This document shows positions 9,979 through 18,558 of a stretch of DNA of 64,000 nt, piece after piece. This DNA is from Turneriella sp. GTDB taxonomy: Bacteria > Spirochaetota > Leptospiria > Turneriellales > Turneriellaceae. How positions within the stretch are numbered: position 1 is the first letter of the stretch; every line of letters begins with the position of its first letter. The position numbers and the translations under genes are program-made. Below the pieces are notes generated by a model. That model was not told where the DNA came from, ran no database searches, and worked only from the letters and a program-made list of their open reading frames with translations. Location of the stretch: assembly GCA_965279515.1 (NCBI GenBank), contig CBDIID010000003.1, forward strand, positions 2,016,001-2,080,000, read 5' to 3'.

Positions 9979-11691
9979 ATGCGGATTTCGATCGTGCTCT
10001 CGGTGTCTTTGGTGCTGCTCCTGGAATGCCGCAGCTGGGGTAAGTTCTGGCAGGCACCAACATTCAGTGATTTTGCCCCGGCCGTGAGTACGAACTATAC
10101 CGTGCGCAGCGGCTTTCTTGTCGGCAACGTGACCAACGGTGATGGCGCAGAGGGTATTGAGATCGCCTATGACTCCACTGACGACTTCAAGGCAGGCACG
10201 GGATTTCCCGCATTCAAGGTACCATTGCCGACAGGCTCGTCAACCTGGCGCCTCGACAGCCGGCATAAAATCTTCTTACGGCTGAGGTATCCGAACAACG
10301 GCTACTCCGACACCGCCGCGTATACCGTGCGCAAGGGTAATAACCGCGACATCAACGGTGACGGGTATCCTGATTTAGTCGTGGGAGCAGATCAATACAA
10401 TAACAATAACACGGGTCGCGCATATATATTCTTATCCCGGGGTAAAACCGGAATCGCAACTCAAAACGCGGCAGCAGCAAATGCCATAATAACAGGCGAA
10501 AACACCAACCATCAATTTGGGGTTAGTCTTACGCTCGACGATCTCAACGGGGACGGTTATGCGGATCTGGTCGCCGGTGCGTATCAATACAATGCCGGTC
10601 AGGGGAGAGTCTATGCCTTTCACTCGAATGGCATATCGGGCATTGCGACCCAAAGCGCCGCCTCGGCAAACACCAAGATAGACGGCCGTGTTGGAGTAAA
10701 CTGCAATCTGGGTTTTTCTGTCGCAGCGGGAGATATTAACGGCGATGGGTATGCGGATATTGTAGCAGGTGCCTACACTGACGATTATGTAGGACTTGCA
10801 GCAAATAGCGGTCACACATATATCTTTCATTCTTCTGGAAATTCCGGAATTACCATCACTTCTGCTCCGGCCGCGACTACAGATATTAGCGGAGAAAATA
10901 ACGGTTCGAAATTTGGTACGTCAGTCGCTGTCGGAGATTTTAATGCTGACGGCTTTGCCGACCTGGTTGTCGGTGCTCCGTTTTATACATCTAATACCGG
11001 TAGGGTATTTTTATTCAACGGAGCTGCCAACGGTATCACAAGCCAGACTGCTTCACCCGCGCAAAGCATTGCGGGCACGGCAACTTTGATATCGATCGGC
11101 AACTCGGTTGCCACCGGAGATTTTAACGGCGACGGCTATGCCGATATCGCGACCGGGGCGCACGGAACCGCTCCAACGAATACTGGCGCTGCTTTTCTTT
11201 TCCTGTCAAAGCCAAATTTTACCACGGGAGGCTCGATTACAACAACCTCGGCAAATTTCGCCATTAGCGGCCAGGCCACAAGCGATGCTTTTGGTTTTTC
11301 GGTTGCATTCGGCGACATGAATGGAGATGGAAAGCATGACTTATTCGCTCACGCACAGCAGGTAAGCGGCACCAGCCGGGGATATGTTTTTCATTCCCAA
11401 AACGGCGGCATTGCCGGCTCCAATGCCGGCATTGCCAATACCATTATATCCGGTGAGGGAACCCCTGATTTCCTGGGAGCCTTTTCTGGCTCATACGACA
11501 TCAATGCGGACGGCTACGACGACTTGCTCCTCGGCGCACATCAGTACTCAACAGGCGGTAACACAGGTCGCGTGTATATTTTTCTGTCTCCGGGAAACGG
11601 CGGCGTTATTGGTGGTGCCGCCACAAACGCGAATGCAATAATTACCGGAGAAGCAGCGAACAACCGCTTCGGTCGCTCGATGCCCTATTAG
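9979..11691 (+). CDS. FG-GAP (integrin-alpha-like beta-propeller) repeat lipoprotein
   Basis: Seven DxNxDGxxD Ca-binding repeats with FG...GA motifs. Signal peptide ending in LLLEC-RSWGKFW. Confidence 0.9.
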   Translation: MRISIVLSVSLVLLLECRSWGKFWQAPTFSDFAPAVSTNYTVRSGFLVGNVTNGDGAEGIEIAYDSTDDFKAGTGFPAFKVPLPTGSSTWRLDSRHKIFLRLRYPNNGYSDTAAYTVRKGNNRDINGDGYPDLVVGADQYNNNNTGRAYIFLSRGKTGIATQNAAAANAIITGENTNHQFGVSLTLDDLNGDGYADLVAGAYQYNAGQGRVYAFHSNGISGIATQSAASANTKIDGRVGVNCNLGFSVAAGDINGDGYADIVAGAYTDDYVGLAANSGHTYIFHSSGNSGITITSAPAATTDISGENNGSKFGTSVAVGDFNADGFADLVVGAPFYTSNTGRVFLFNGAANGITSQTASPAQSIAGTATLISIGNSVATGDFNGDGYADIATGAHGTAPTNTGAAFLFLSKPNFTTGGSITTTSANFAISGQATSDAFGFSVAFGDMNGDGKHDLFAHAQQVSGTSRGYVFHSQNGGIAGSNAGIANTIISGEGTPDFLGAFSGSYDINADGYDDLLLGAHQYSTGGNTGRVYIFLSPGNGGVIGGAATNANAIITGEAANNRFGRSMPY

Positions 11692-11692
11692 G

Positions 11693-12988
11693 CTATTTTC
11701 TCAAAATCACGTAAAAGTGCGCCCGGCCACGCAGCACGTGCACGAGGTGGGTTGGCTTGTCTACCGTGAACGCCGCCTTCGCCGCGTCGAGTGTATTGAT
11801 CGGCTTACCATCTGCCTCAAGCACAATGTCGCCGAGATTGAGCCCCGCATGCTGTGCCGAGCTGCCCGAATCGATGAAGCTGATGTAGGCGCCCTGCTTC
11901 TGGTCAAGCTGGTAGCGCTCGGCAAGATCATCGGTAACTTCCATGATCACAAAGCCCAGCGGTGATTGCCACTTCTTGCCTTCGACGGGCGGGCGCTCTT
12001 TGACGAGACCCGCGATCTCCTGCGTTTTGCCGCCTCTGAGGATTTCAAGTTTCACATCTTTGCCGATCGGCAGGTCAGACATTTTGCGTATAATCGGGTG
12101 CACGTCTTTTTCTTCGACCGCACTCACCGCCTCGCCATTCACGCGCATGACCACATCAAGCGGTTTCAGCTTGCCGTAAAAATTCGAGGATTTCAGTACC
12201 AGCGAAACCATGACGCCGCCGGTGTTGTTGATCCCCAGTTGCTTGCGCAATTCGAAATCGAGCGGCATGAGCTGAATGCCGAGAAAACCCCGCTTGATAC
12301 CGCCGGACTTCAAGAGCTTGTCTTTGACCTCGAGCGCGGTCTCAATCGGAATCGTGAATGCCAACCCCGAACCGCCGCGCGAATTGATACCGATGACTTC
12401 GCCGCGCATATTGAGGAGCGGTCCGCCGGAGGAACCCGGTGCGATAAATGCATCCGTTTGAATAAAATCATTGAGCACCGGCGCCTGCGGCACGTTGCGC
12501 CCTTTCGCGGAAACGATACCGAAACTCACAGTACGGTCGAGACCATAGGGATTGCCCACCGCAAGCACCCACTGCCCCACCTTGGTGGTTTTGCTGCTGC
12601 CGAGCGTCACAGGCCGCAGATTTTTTGCCAGCGCGGCGTCGACCTGAATCAGCGCGACATCGGTCGGCTCGTCGGAACCCAGAACTTTGGCCTCGTATTC
12701 GCGCGGGTCGTTATTGAATTTCACCAGGACTTTCACGTTGTTGTCAATAACGTGGTGGTTCGTCAGAATCATGCCGTTCTTATCGATGACAAAACCGGAG
12801 CCCATGCCGCTGAACTTCTTGTTGTTCACGCTGCCCTCAACCTTGATATGCACGACGCTGTTCGTAATCTCTTCGCTGACCTGCGTGATGTGATTCTCGA
12901 GCTTCTCGAGGTCGGCGGGTAACGGGGTTGCCAGAAGGGCCGTCGCAAAGGCAAAAATCAGGGGGATGGCTTTCGGTACGGAAATCAT
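11693..12988 (-). CDS. htrA: HtrA/DegP-family trypsin-like serine protease with two PDZ domains
   Basis: GSGF, TNHHV, DVAL, QTDA..PGSSGGPL, two PDZ domains. Signal peptide from ATG 12988. Confidence 0.9.
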   Translation of the reverse strand: MISVPKAIPLIFAFATALLATPLPADLEKLENHITQVSEEITNSVVHIKVEGSVNNKKFSGMGSGFVIDKNGMILTNHHVIDNNVKVLVKFNNDPREYEAKVLGSDEPTDVALIQVDAALAKNLRPVTLGSSKTTKVGQWVLAVGNPYGLDRTVSFGIVSAKGRNVPQAPVLNDFIQTDAFIAPGSSGGPLLNMRGEVIGINSRGGSGLAFTIPIETALEVKDKLLKSGGIKRGFLGIQLMPLDFELRKQLGINNTGGVMVSLVLKSSNFYGKLKPLDVVMRVNGEAVSAVEEKDVHPIIRKMSDLPIGKDVKLEILRGGKTQEIAGLVKERPPVEGKKWQSPLGFVIMEVTDDLAERYQLDQKQGAYISFIDSGSSAQHAGLNLGDIVLEADGKPINTLDAAKAAFTVDKPTHLVHVLRGRAHFYVILRK

Positions 12989-13007
12989 TCTCTCTGCGAT
13001 GTAAATC

Positions 13008-13892
13008 TCACCGTCGGCGTAAACTGCGATTCTGCCAGTAACGGCTGAGCAGTACCGTGACGATGAGCCCCAGAAAAACCAGCGCTGACCCGGCACGCTG
13101 ATAAGCAGACAGGTGTTCGTCCAAAAAGAAAGCATTGCTGGCAAGACCATAGATCGGTACGAGTGTGGCAAACGGCATCACGCGGCTGGCGGGAAATTTC
13201 AGCATCACGGTGCTAAAAAGCGTAAATGAAAGATGGGTCGCGAGGTAGGCCATAAAGAGCAACGACAGCCAGGAGCGCAGCGAGCTGTGCGTGATTTGGG
13301 TCACGATCGACTGCGGCCCGTCGACCACCAGCGCGAGGGCAACGAGCGGTACCGCGGAGATAAAACTCGTCCAGGCGATAAAGCCGGCGAAGTCTGAAAT
13401 TTTGAAAGACTTGATCAGCGTGTTGCCGAATGACCAGAACAGCGCCGAGAGTAAAATAAGGCCAAAGGCAAAAAATTCGGCGCCGAGCATGTATTCATAG
13501 CCAATCACGATAAGGCCAATCGCCGAAAGCAGAAATCCCATGATCTGAAAAAATGTGACCTTCTCGCGGTAAAAGACCCAGGCTAAGAAAATCGTGATAT
13601 AGACCTGAAACTGTATGAGCACCGAGCTCAACCCAGCGGGCAGTTTATAGTGGATTGCGAGAAACATCAGGCCATACTGCAGCACGCCGATCGAAAAACT
13701 ATAAACGACAAGGCGGGCAAATGGAACCGGTGGGCGCCTGTAGATAAGTACCAGCGGAAAACCCGCAATGGCAAAACGGATAGCGACTAAGGTAAAGGGA
13801 GAAAACGATTCGAGACCGAGCTTAATCGCAACAAAGCTGAGACCCCAGAACACCGGAGGCAGCAAAACATAGAGGTAATCTTTAGGTGACAA
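13008..13892 (-). CDS. EamA/DMT-family transporter
   Basis: About 10 TM segments, WGLSFVAIK N-terminus, duplicated EamA architecture. Confidence 0.88.
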   Translation of the reverse strand: MSPKDYLYVLLPPVFWGLSFVAIKLGLESFSPFTLVAIRFAIAGFPLVLIYRRPPVPFARLVVYSFSIGVLQYGLMFLAIHYKLPAGLSSVLIQFQVYITIFLAWVFYREKVTFFQIMGFLLSAIGLIVIGYEYMLGAEFFAFGLILLSALFWSFGNTLIKSFKISDFAGFIAWTSFISAVPLVALALVVDGPQSIVTQITHSSLRSWLSLLFMAYLATHLSFTLFSTVMLKFPASRVMPFATLVPIYGLASNAFFLDEHLSAYQRAGSALVFLGLIVTVLLSRYWQNRSLRRR

Positions 13893-13898
13893 AAGAAT

Positions 13899-13919
13899 GC
13901 AGGGTGTGTAACACCCTGC
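13899..13919 (-). terminator. Rho-independent terminator after the Cys-rich gene
   Basis: GCAGGGTGT-3nt-ACACCCTGC 9-bp stem followed by ATTCTTTT on the minus strand. Confidence 0.7.
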
Positions 13920-13937
13920 GGAAACCTTATTGAGCTG

Positions 13938-14255
13938 TCAGGTTGCGCCCTGCGGTTTCGTTTCAGCCGTTTTATCTTTCGGCTTCTTCATGTCGCAGTG
14001 GCCTTTTTTGCATTTGCCGGATTCACAGTTCTTTTTGCATTTTTCGTCTTTGCAATCTTTACAGCAATCCTTCGACATCTTTTTGTCGTCGCAGCAATCA
14101 TGCTTACCATCTTTCTGCTTGCAGTCTTTGCAGCATTCTTTCTGGTCGCAACAGTCTTCGTGACCACCTTTGTGGCCGTCATGCTGATCGGCAAAAACAA
14201 GGTTGGCGGGCAGCACAAAGGCCGCCACAGCAAGTAAATTTAATAATAATTTCAT
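13938..14255 (-). CDS. Exported Cys/His/Lys-rich metallothionein-like protein
   Basis: GGAGG SD, Sec-type signal peptide (..VFA|D), His-rich stretch, then 14 Cys in CC and CxxC/CxxxC arrangement. Confidence 0.8.
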   Translation of the reverse strand: MKLLLNLLAVAAFVLPANLVFADQHDGHKGGHEDCCDQKECCKDCKQKDGKHDCCDDKKMSKDCCKDCKDEKCKKNCESGKCKKGHCDMKKPKDKTAETKPQGAT

Positions 14256-14303
14256 AGATCCTCCGTAGTATTTTTAATGATGAGCCTTAAGGCTCGCGCG
14301 GTA

Positions 14304-14675
14304 TCAGCTGCGCCGCGGCGGAGGTAGTGACGGTAAAATGGTGAGTGAGGTGAATGGAACTTCTTCGTTTTGTAATACGACGCTGGCGACTGCCGGCGGC
14401 ATCATGACAATAAGCGCCTCGATATGCGCGGGGTTAAAACAGTGCAGGTTGCAGCAGGGTTTTTCGCTTTTTTTCTGCTCTTTGTTTCCGTGGTTTTTAT
14501 GCGCCGGTTTCGCGTGGCAGGACTTCTTTGCTGCCTGGGCAGTTTCGGCGCCTGCCGCGCAAGGGTAAAGGTTCACACCGCCAAACACGAAGATGCCGGT
14601 GACGGAACATAGGGAAAAAACCTTAACCCACGGCTTCACTGTCAGAAACCTAATAAATCCGACCGGGGCTGGCAA
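14304..14675 (-). CDS. CutF/CruR (DUF2946)-like leader protein
   Basis: Hydrophobic N-terminus, CH..H..H linker, CCxxxC motif, about 38-aa spacer, C-terminal LPPPRRS. Start may be GTG 14639. Confidence 0.6.
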   Translation of the reverse strand: MPAPVGFIRFLTVKPWVKVFSLCSVTGIFVFGGVNLYPCAAGAETAQAAKKSCHAKPAHKNHGNKEQKKSEKPCCNLHCFNPAHIEALIVMMPPAVASVVLQNEEVPFTSLTILPSLPPPRRS

Positions 14676-14687
14676 TATATTTACCGG

Positions 14688-15206
14688 TCATTTTTTCTTT
14701 GCTGCCGCTTTTTTCGCAGGTTTGACCTTCGCCGCCGGGGCGGCTTTTTTCGTCGCAACCTTTACCAGCGGCTTTAGCGGGGGCGCCCCGGGTTTGGGGG
14801 GGGCTTTTTTCATCGGCGTCACGGTGCGCGGTGGTTTAACGACGAGCTTCTTTTTCGGTGGCCGTGCTGGCTGTACCTTGTTGTACTCGAGAGTTTTATC
14901 GATCCAGAACTGAAGATCAGCTTCATTCGTATAACCTTCGGCATGGATAAAGACAAAACCCGTCATGGGTTTTCCGACGAAGTCCATCTCGCGTACGCCG
15001 GCGCGTTTTAAGGCCTCGTCGTGGAAGCCGGGACCTACGCGCGCCATGAGACGGTCTTCGCCACTGATTTTGTCGCGGCTGATACCGACGCACATCTTCT
15101 CATCGACCATGAAGGCGACACCGCCAAACATCGGCTTTTCGATGAAGGTCGCCTGCGGCGTAAGGAGCTTTCTGATCCGTACGGCCAACTCTTCGCTATA
15201 TGACAC
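14688..15206 (-). CDS. TfoX/Sxy N-terminal-domain protein with Lys/Ala/Pro-rich tail
   Basis: EKPMFGG..FMV..KM, LMARVG, MDF.GKPMTGFV motifs. Histone-H1-like KKAAPAAK tail. Confidence 0.82.
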   Translation of the reverse strand: MSYSEELAVRIRKLLTPQATFIEKPMFGGVAFMVDEKMCVGISRDKISGEDRLMARVGPGFHDEALKRAGVREMDFVGKPMTGFVFIHAEGYTNEADLQFWIDKTLEYNKVQPARPPKKKLVVKPPRTVTPMKKAPPKPGAPPLKPLVKVATKKAAPAAKVKPAKKAAAKKK

Positions 15207-15294
15207 AGGTTACTTGATAAGGTGGAGTGACCTTGGCAACGGCCTTTCTTGTTTACATTCAGGAGGCCCGATAAGTGTGGTACTCGTTATTTGC

Positions 15295-15888
15295 ATGCAG
15301 GCGCCTAATATCACAAATCTGCCTTTTCTCCTGTGGGTCGCGCGAAGCGATACCTGGCAGGTCACCGAATGCAGCAATGCACTTCTGCAGGCCTGCGCTT
15401 ACGCCGATGCATCCCCGGTTGGCGGACCGCTTTCGGCCCTGATCGGCACCCGTGGTGCCGATGAAGTAAAAAACTGGTCTGACCTTCAGAACGGCACGGA
15501 TTCACCGCTGCAACTGCGCGCGACGATCCACATGCAGGCCGGCACCGTGTTCAGCGCCGCGGTCAGCGTCGCCCGGATCAAAAACTCTGAACCGGCTAGC
15601 CTGGCATTTTTTGCACTGGCAGATACTCGCGTTGCGGCAGCTGAGCCTCAAATCGCGACGGCGACGGCCGACCAGGCAAAATTCGACGCGCTCGCGATTA
15701 TCGCGCAGGGCATGGGACATGAAATCAATAACCCACTGCAGATTATCCTGGGAAATGCAGAGTACCTGCTCACGCTGAACAAGGATGCTGCGCTCTCGTC
15801 GGCACTGCAGGATATTCTCTCAGCCGGAGAGCGCATCAAATCTGCCGTCGCTAATTTAAAGGATTTTGTGCGAACAGAGGAAAAGTAA
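15295..15888 (+). CDS. PAS-like plus HisKA (DHp) protein lacking an ATPase domain
   Basis: GMGHEINNPL H-box. The ORF stops right after the second DHp helix. Confidence 0.72.
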   Translation: MQAPNITNLPFLLWVARSDTWQVTECSNALLQACAYADASPVGGPLSALIGTRGADEVKNWSDLQNGTDSPLQLRATIHMQAGTVFSAAVSVARIKNSEPASLAFFALADTRVAAAEPQIATATADQAKFDALAIIAQGMGHEINNPLQIILGNAEYLLTLNKDAALSSALQDILSAGERIKSAVANLKDFVRTEEK

Positions 15889-15892
15889 TACC

Positions 15893-17053
15893 ATGATCGT
15901 AGTCACCTCAGAGATGCTGGCGGCAAAAATCCGCCCCGCCGCCGAGCTGCTGGGCATAGAGGTCGGTATTGCGACCTCCGCCGGTGCAGTCATGGCCCTG
16001 AACCCCCAGGTCGTCGTAACCGAAGCGGGAAATCCCACCGAACTCAATATCCTCTATAAAATCCGCGAGACAAATCCCACGCTCCCCAGGATCATCGCAT
16101 TTTCCGCGGTGGCGATCCCCATGAATGTCATGATATCGATGCGCCTGGGTCATCGTTTCATCGATCTGAAAGAGGACGCGGCAGCACTCGCCTCTGTCAT
16201 CGGCGATGCGATCAGGCTGACTGGATATTTTATGTCAGAGGACATCCAGAAGTATGTGCGCAATCTTGCGTTTTTACCGCGCCTGCCCGACCTCTACGTG
16301 CGCGTCGAAGAGGCTGTGCATTCGCCGGGCTCTTCGCTCTCGAAAGCCGCCGAGATTATCGGGCACGACCAGACGGTGACGAGCCTCGTGCTGAAGCTCG
16401 TCAACGCAGCTGCCTTTGCCGGTAAAAGACCTGTAACCAAGATCGCTGAAGCCGTAACGCGCATCGGGATTAATAACATCAAGGCCATCATACTCGCAGT
16501 CAGCATTTTTTCCGGCAAGATCGGTTACGGCGGCGGCACGGATTTTAATTCCCTGCACACCCACGCCTTCACTGTCGCGCGCTGCGCGCGACGCATCGCC
16601 GAAAGCGAAGACCTGCCCCCCTGGAGCCAGGATATGATTTTTCTCGCCGGCCTGCTGCACGATATTGGTTCACTGGTGCTCTTAACCTCGGACGGCAAGC
16701 TGTATGAAGACACGCTGGTAAGAGCGCAGACGATGAAACTCAATATGCTCGATCTTGAAAAAGAAGTTTTTGGCGTCGACCATGCCGTGCTGGGCGGCTA
16801 TATCTCACGCCTGTGGGGATTTCCCGATATTATCGCCGAACTCATCATGCACCACCACAGCGCCCCGAAAGAAGACGTGAGCTTTCGTATCATTCAGGCA
16901 GCCGACGCCATGACGCAGAAATTCCTCTACCACGGGCATGGCGAGGCCATACCTATGGCAACCGATGTCAATGAAGAGTGGGTCAAGATCTGCAAACCGA
17001 TTATCCAGGAAGTCGCCGTCGAAAATGCGGCGGCAAATAAGAACAGAAAATAA
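15893..17053 (+). CDS. HDOD-domain protein with degenerate N-terminal receiver
   Basis: LPRLP, LKLVNAA, AGLLHDIG, DHAVLG..WGFP..HH motifs. Confidence 0.88.
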   Translation: MIVVTSEMLAAKIRPAAELLGIEVGIATSAGAVMALNPQVVVTEAGNPTELNILYKIRETNPTLPRIIAFSAVAIPMNVMISMRLGHRFIDLKEDAAALASVIGDAIRLTGYFMSEDIQKYVRNLAFLPRLPDLYVRVEEAVHSPGSSLSKAAEIIGHDQTVTSLVLKLVNAAAFAGKRPVTKIAEAVTRIGINNIKAIILAVSIFSGKIGYGGGTDFNSLHTHAFTVARCARRIAESEDLPPWSQDMIFLAGLLHDIGSLVLLTSDGKLYEDTLVRAQTMKLNMLDLEKEVFGVDHAVLGGYISRLWGFPDIIAELIMHHHSAPKEDVSFRIIQAADAMTQKFLYHGHGEAIPMATDVNEEWVKICKPIIQEVAVENAAANKNRK

Positions 17054-17086
17054 CCGGCGGCGGCAAAACCTGGTCGAAACCAGATT

Positions 17087-17335
17087 TTAGAATTTCCCCT
17101 GAAAATATTCCAGCATTCCGCCCAGGGTCAGAATATGGCGGTAATCCGATTCGGGCGTCGTGTAGCCGGTATCGGCCGCGATGGCGCGCAACATGCGCAG
17201 AAGGTCCAGCGAGTCGATACGCAGCTCCTTTTTGAGCGCCCGCGCGGGATTGACTTTTTCGACGTTGATTTCGGGCGCAGCCTTTTTCATTTTTTCCTGT
17301 AAGTATTTCTTCAGCTCATCCGGTGTTTTTGCCAT
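17087..17335 (-). CDS. Acyl carrier protein
   Basis: 82 aa, IDSLD phosphopantetheine-attachment motif, PESDY..LTL. 1-nt overlap with the pdhC stop. Confidence 0.85.
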   Translation of the reverse strand: MAKTPDELKKYLQEKMKKAAPEINVEKVNPARALKKELRIDSLDLLRMLRAIAADTGYTTPESDYRHILTLGGMLEYFQGKF

Positions 17336-18558
17336 TAGCCTGTTAACTCCCCGACCTGCTCAAGCAGGTCCTTGATTTCCGAAAGAAAGAGCGCTCCGTC
17401 GCGGCCGTCTGACACACGGTGATCGGCGGCCAGCGTCGCACGGATAACCTCACGCACTTCGACTTTGCCCGCCACGACCCAGGGTTTATGCATCAGCATA
17501 CCGAAGCCGATCATAGCCACCTGCGGCGGTGTGATGATGGGGAAAATTTCTTCGACGCCCAGGTCGCCGAGACTCGTGATAGTGATCGTCGGGTCCGCGA
17601 GCTCTGCGGCTTTCAGGCCGCCTGTGCGTGTGCGTTCACCGAGATCAGAGAGTGCCTTCATGAGCTCGCCGATACCCAGGGTATCGGTGTTGTGTATTGC
17701 CGGCGCAATGAGGCCACCTTCGCGCAGCGCAAACGCCATACCGATGTGGATCGCCTCGCTCGGAACGGCGGCGTTATTTACATAGAAGCCATTCAATTGG
17801 GGATAACGCTTCAATGCGAGCGCCACGGCCCTGATGAGAAGCGTTGCGGGTAAAATGCGGTCATCGAGCGAACGTTTTTCATTTTCGCTTCTGAGCCATT
17901 TCAGTGCGTCGCTGAGGTCGATATCGGTCGCGAGATAATAATGGGGGATCTCGCGCTTCGAACGGCTCATCGCCTTGGCGATCTGCCCCCGCATCGTAGT
18001 CCGCCCCAACGACGTCCGGTTGGCTGCGGCTTTTTCGATATCTGCAATCCCAAGCGGCGCATCCCCCGCTGTGAGATCACTCTCCGAGAGACCGAGCTCT
18101 TGCATGCGGCGGCGCGCTGCAGGGCTGATGCGAATGCGGCCCGCACCCCCACCCCACCCCGGCCTTCGGCCACCCCTCCCCATTACATGGAGAGGGGTTT
18201 TGTTCTCCCCCCTCACCGAAGACGGAGACCTACGCGATTGCGCAGCAATCGCTTCGGTCGCCACGTTCGTGGGGAGGGGGGCCGGGGGGGTGGGGTTAAT
18301 CGCCACATCAGTCTTAATACGCGCGAGCGGAGTGCCAACTTTGATCTTGCGGTCTTTGTCTGCAGGAAAAAGCAATTCTTCTACGGTACCATCGACCCAG
18401 ATTTCGGCATCGATCGCCGCTTTTACGGTTTCAAGCACGGCGACGACCTGGCCACGTTTGACTTTATCACCCGGTTTTATCTTCCATTCGATGAGCGCTG
18501 CTTCGTCCATGTCGGCACCGAGCGACGGCAGCACATAGGGAAAATCAGTCGTTTGCAT
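17335..18558 (-). CDS. pdhC: Dihydrolipoamide acyltransferase (E2)
   Basis: Lipoyl domain (ETVKA), E3/E1-binding RISPAARR, catalytic DHRVSDG. Start at ATG 18558. Confidence 0.92.
   Translation of the reverse strand: MQTTDFPYVLPSLGADMDEAALIEWKIKPGDKVKRGQVVAVLETVKAAIDAEIWVDGTVEELLFPADKDRKIKVGTPLARIKTDVAINPTPPAPLPTNVATEAIAAQSRRSPSSVRGENKTPLHVMGRGGRRPGWGGGAGRIRISPAARRRMQELGLSESDLTAGDAPLGIADIEKAAANRTSLGRTTMRGQIAKAMSRSKREIPHYYLATDIDLSDALKWLRSENEKRSLDDRILPATLLIRAVALALKRYPQLNGFYVNNAAVPSEAIHIGMAFALREGGLIAPAIHNTDTLGIGELMKALSDLGERTRTGGLKAAELADPTITITSLGDLGVEEIFPIITPPQVAMIGFGMLMHKPWVVAGKVEVREVIRATLAADHRVSDGRDGALFLSEIKDLLEQVGELTG
18151..18296. repeat. Nested palindromic element translated in frame in the E2 linker
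   Basis: Outer arms ACCCCACCCCGGCC / GGCCGGGGGGGTGGGGT. Inner stems CCCCTCCCCAT-TAC-ATGGAGAGGGG and GCGATTGC-GCA-GCAATCGC. Confidence 0.8.

Noticed and set aside
10340..11640. Repeats in the FG-GAP gene (and the SBBP gene at 52311-53681) as a CRISPR array, DGR or tandem DNA repeat
   Set aside because: The repeats are degenerate and at protein level only. There are no identical DNA repeats with spacers and no cas or reverse transcriptase gene.
13930..14257. Several alternative-frame ORFs over the Cys-rich gene
   Set aside because: Low-complexity by-products. Only 13938-14255 on the minus strand has an SD, a signal peptide and a terminator.
14779..14806. G-rich run in the TfoX tail as another palindromic insertion
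   Set aside because: Explained by Pro/Ala/Lys codons, with no extended stem.
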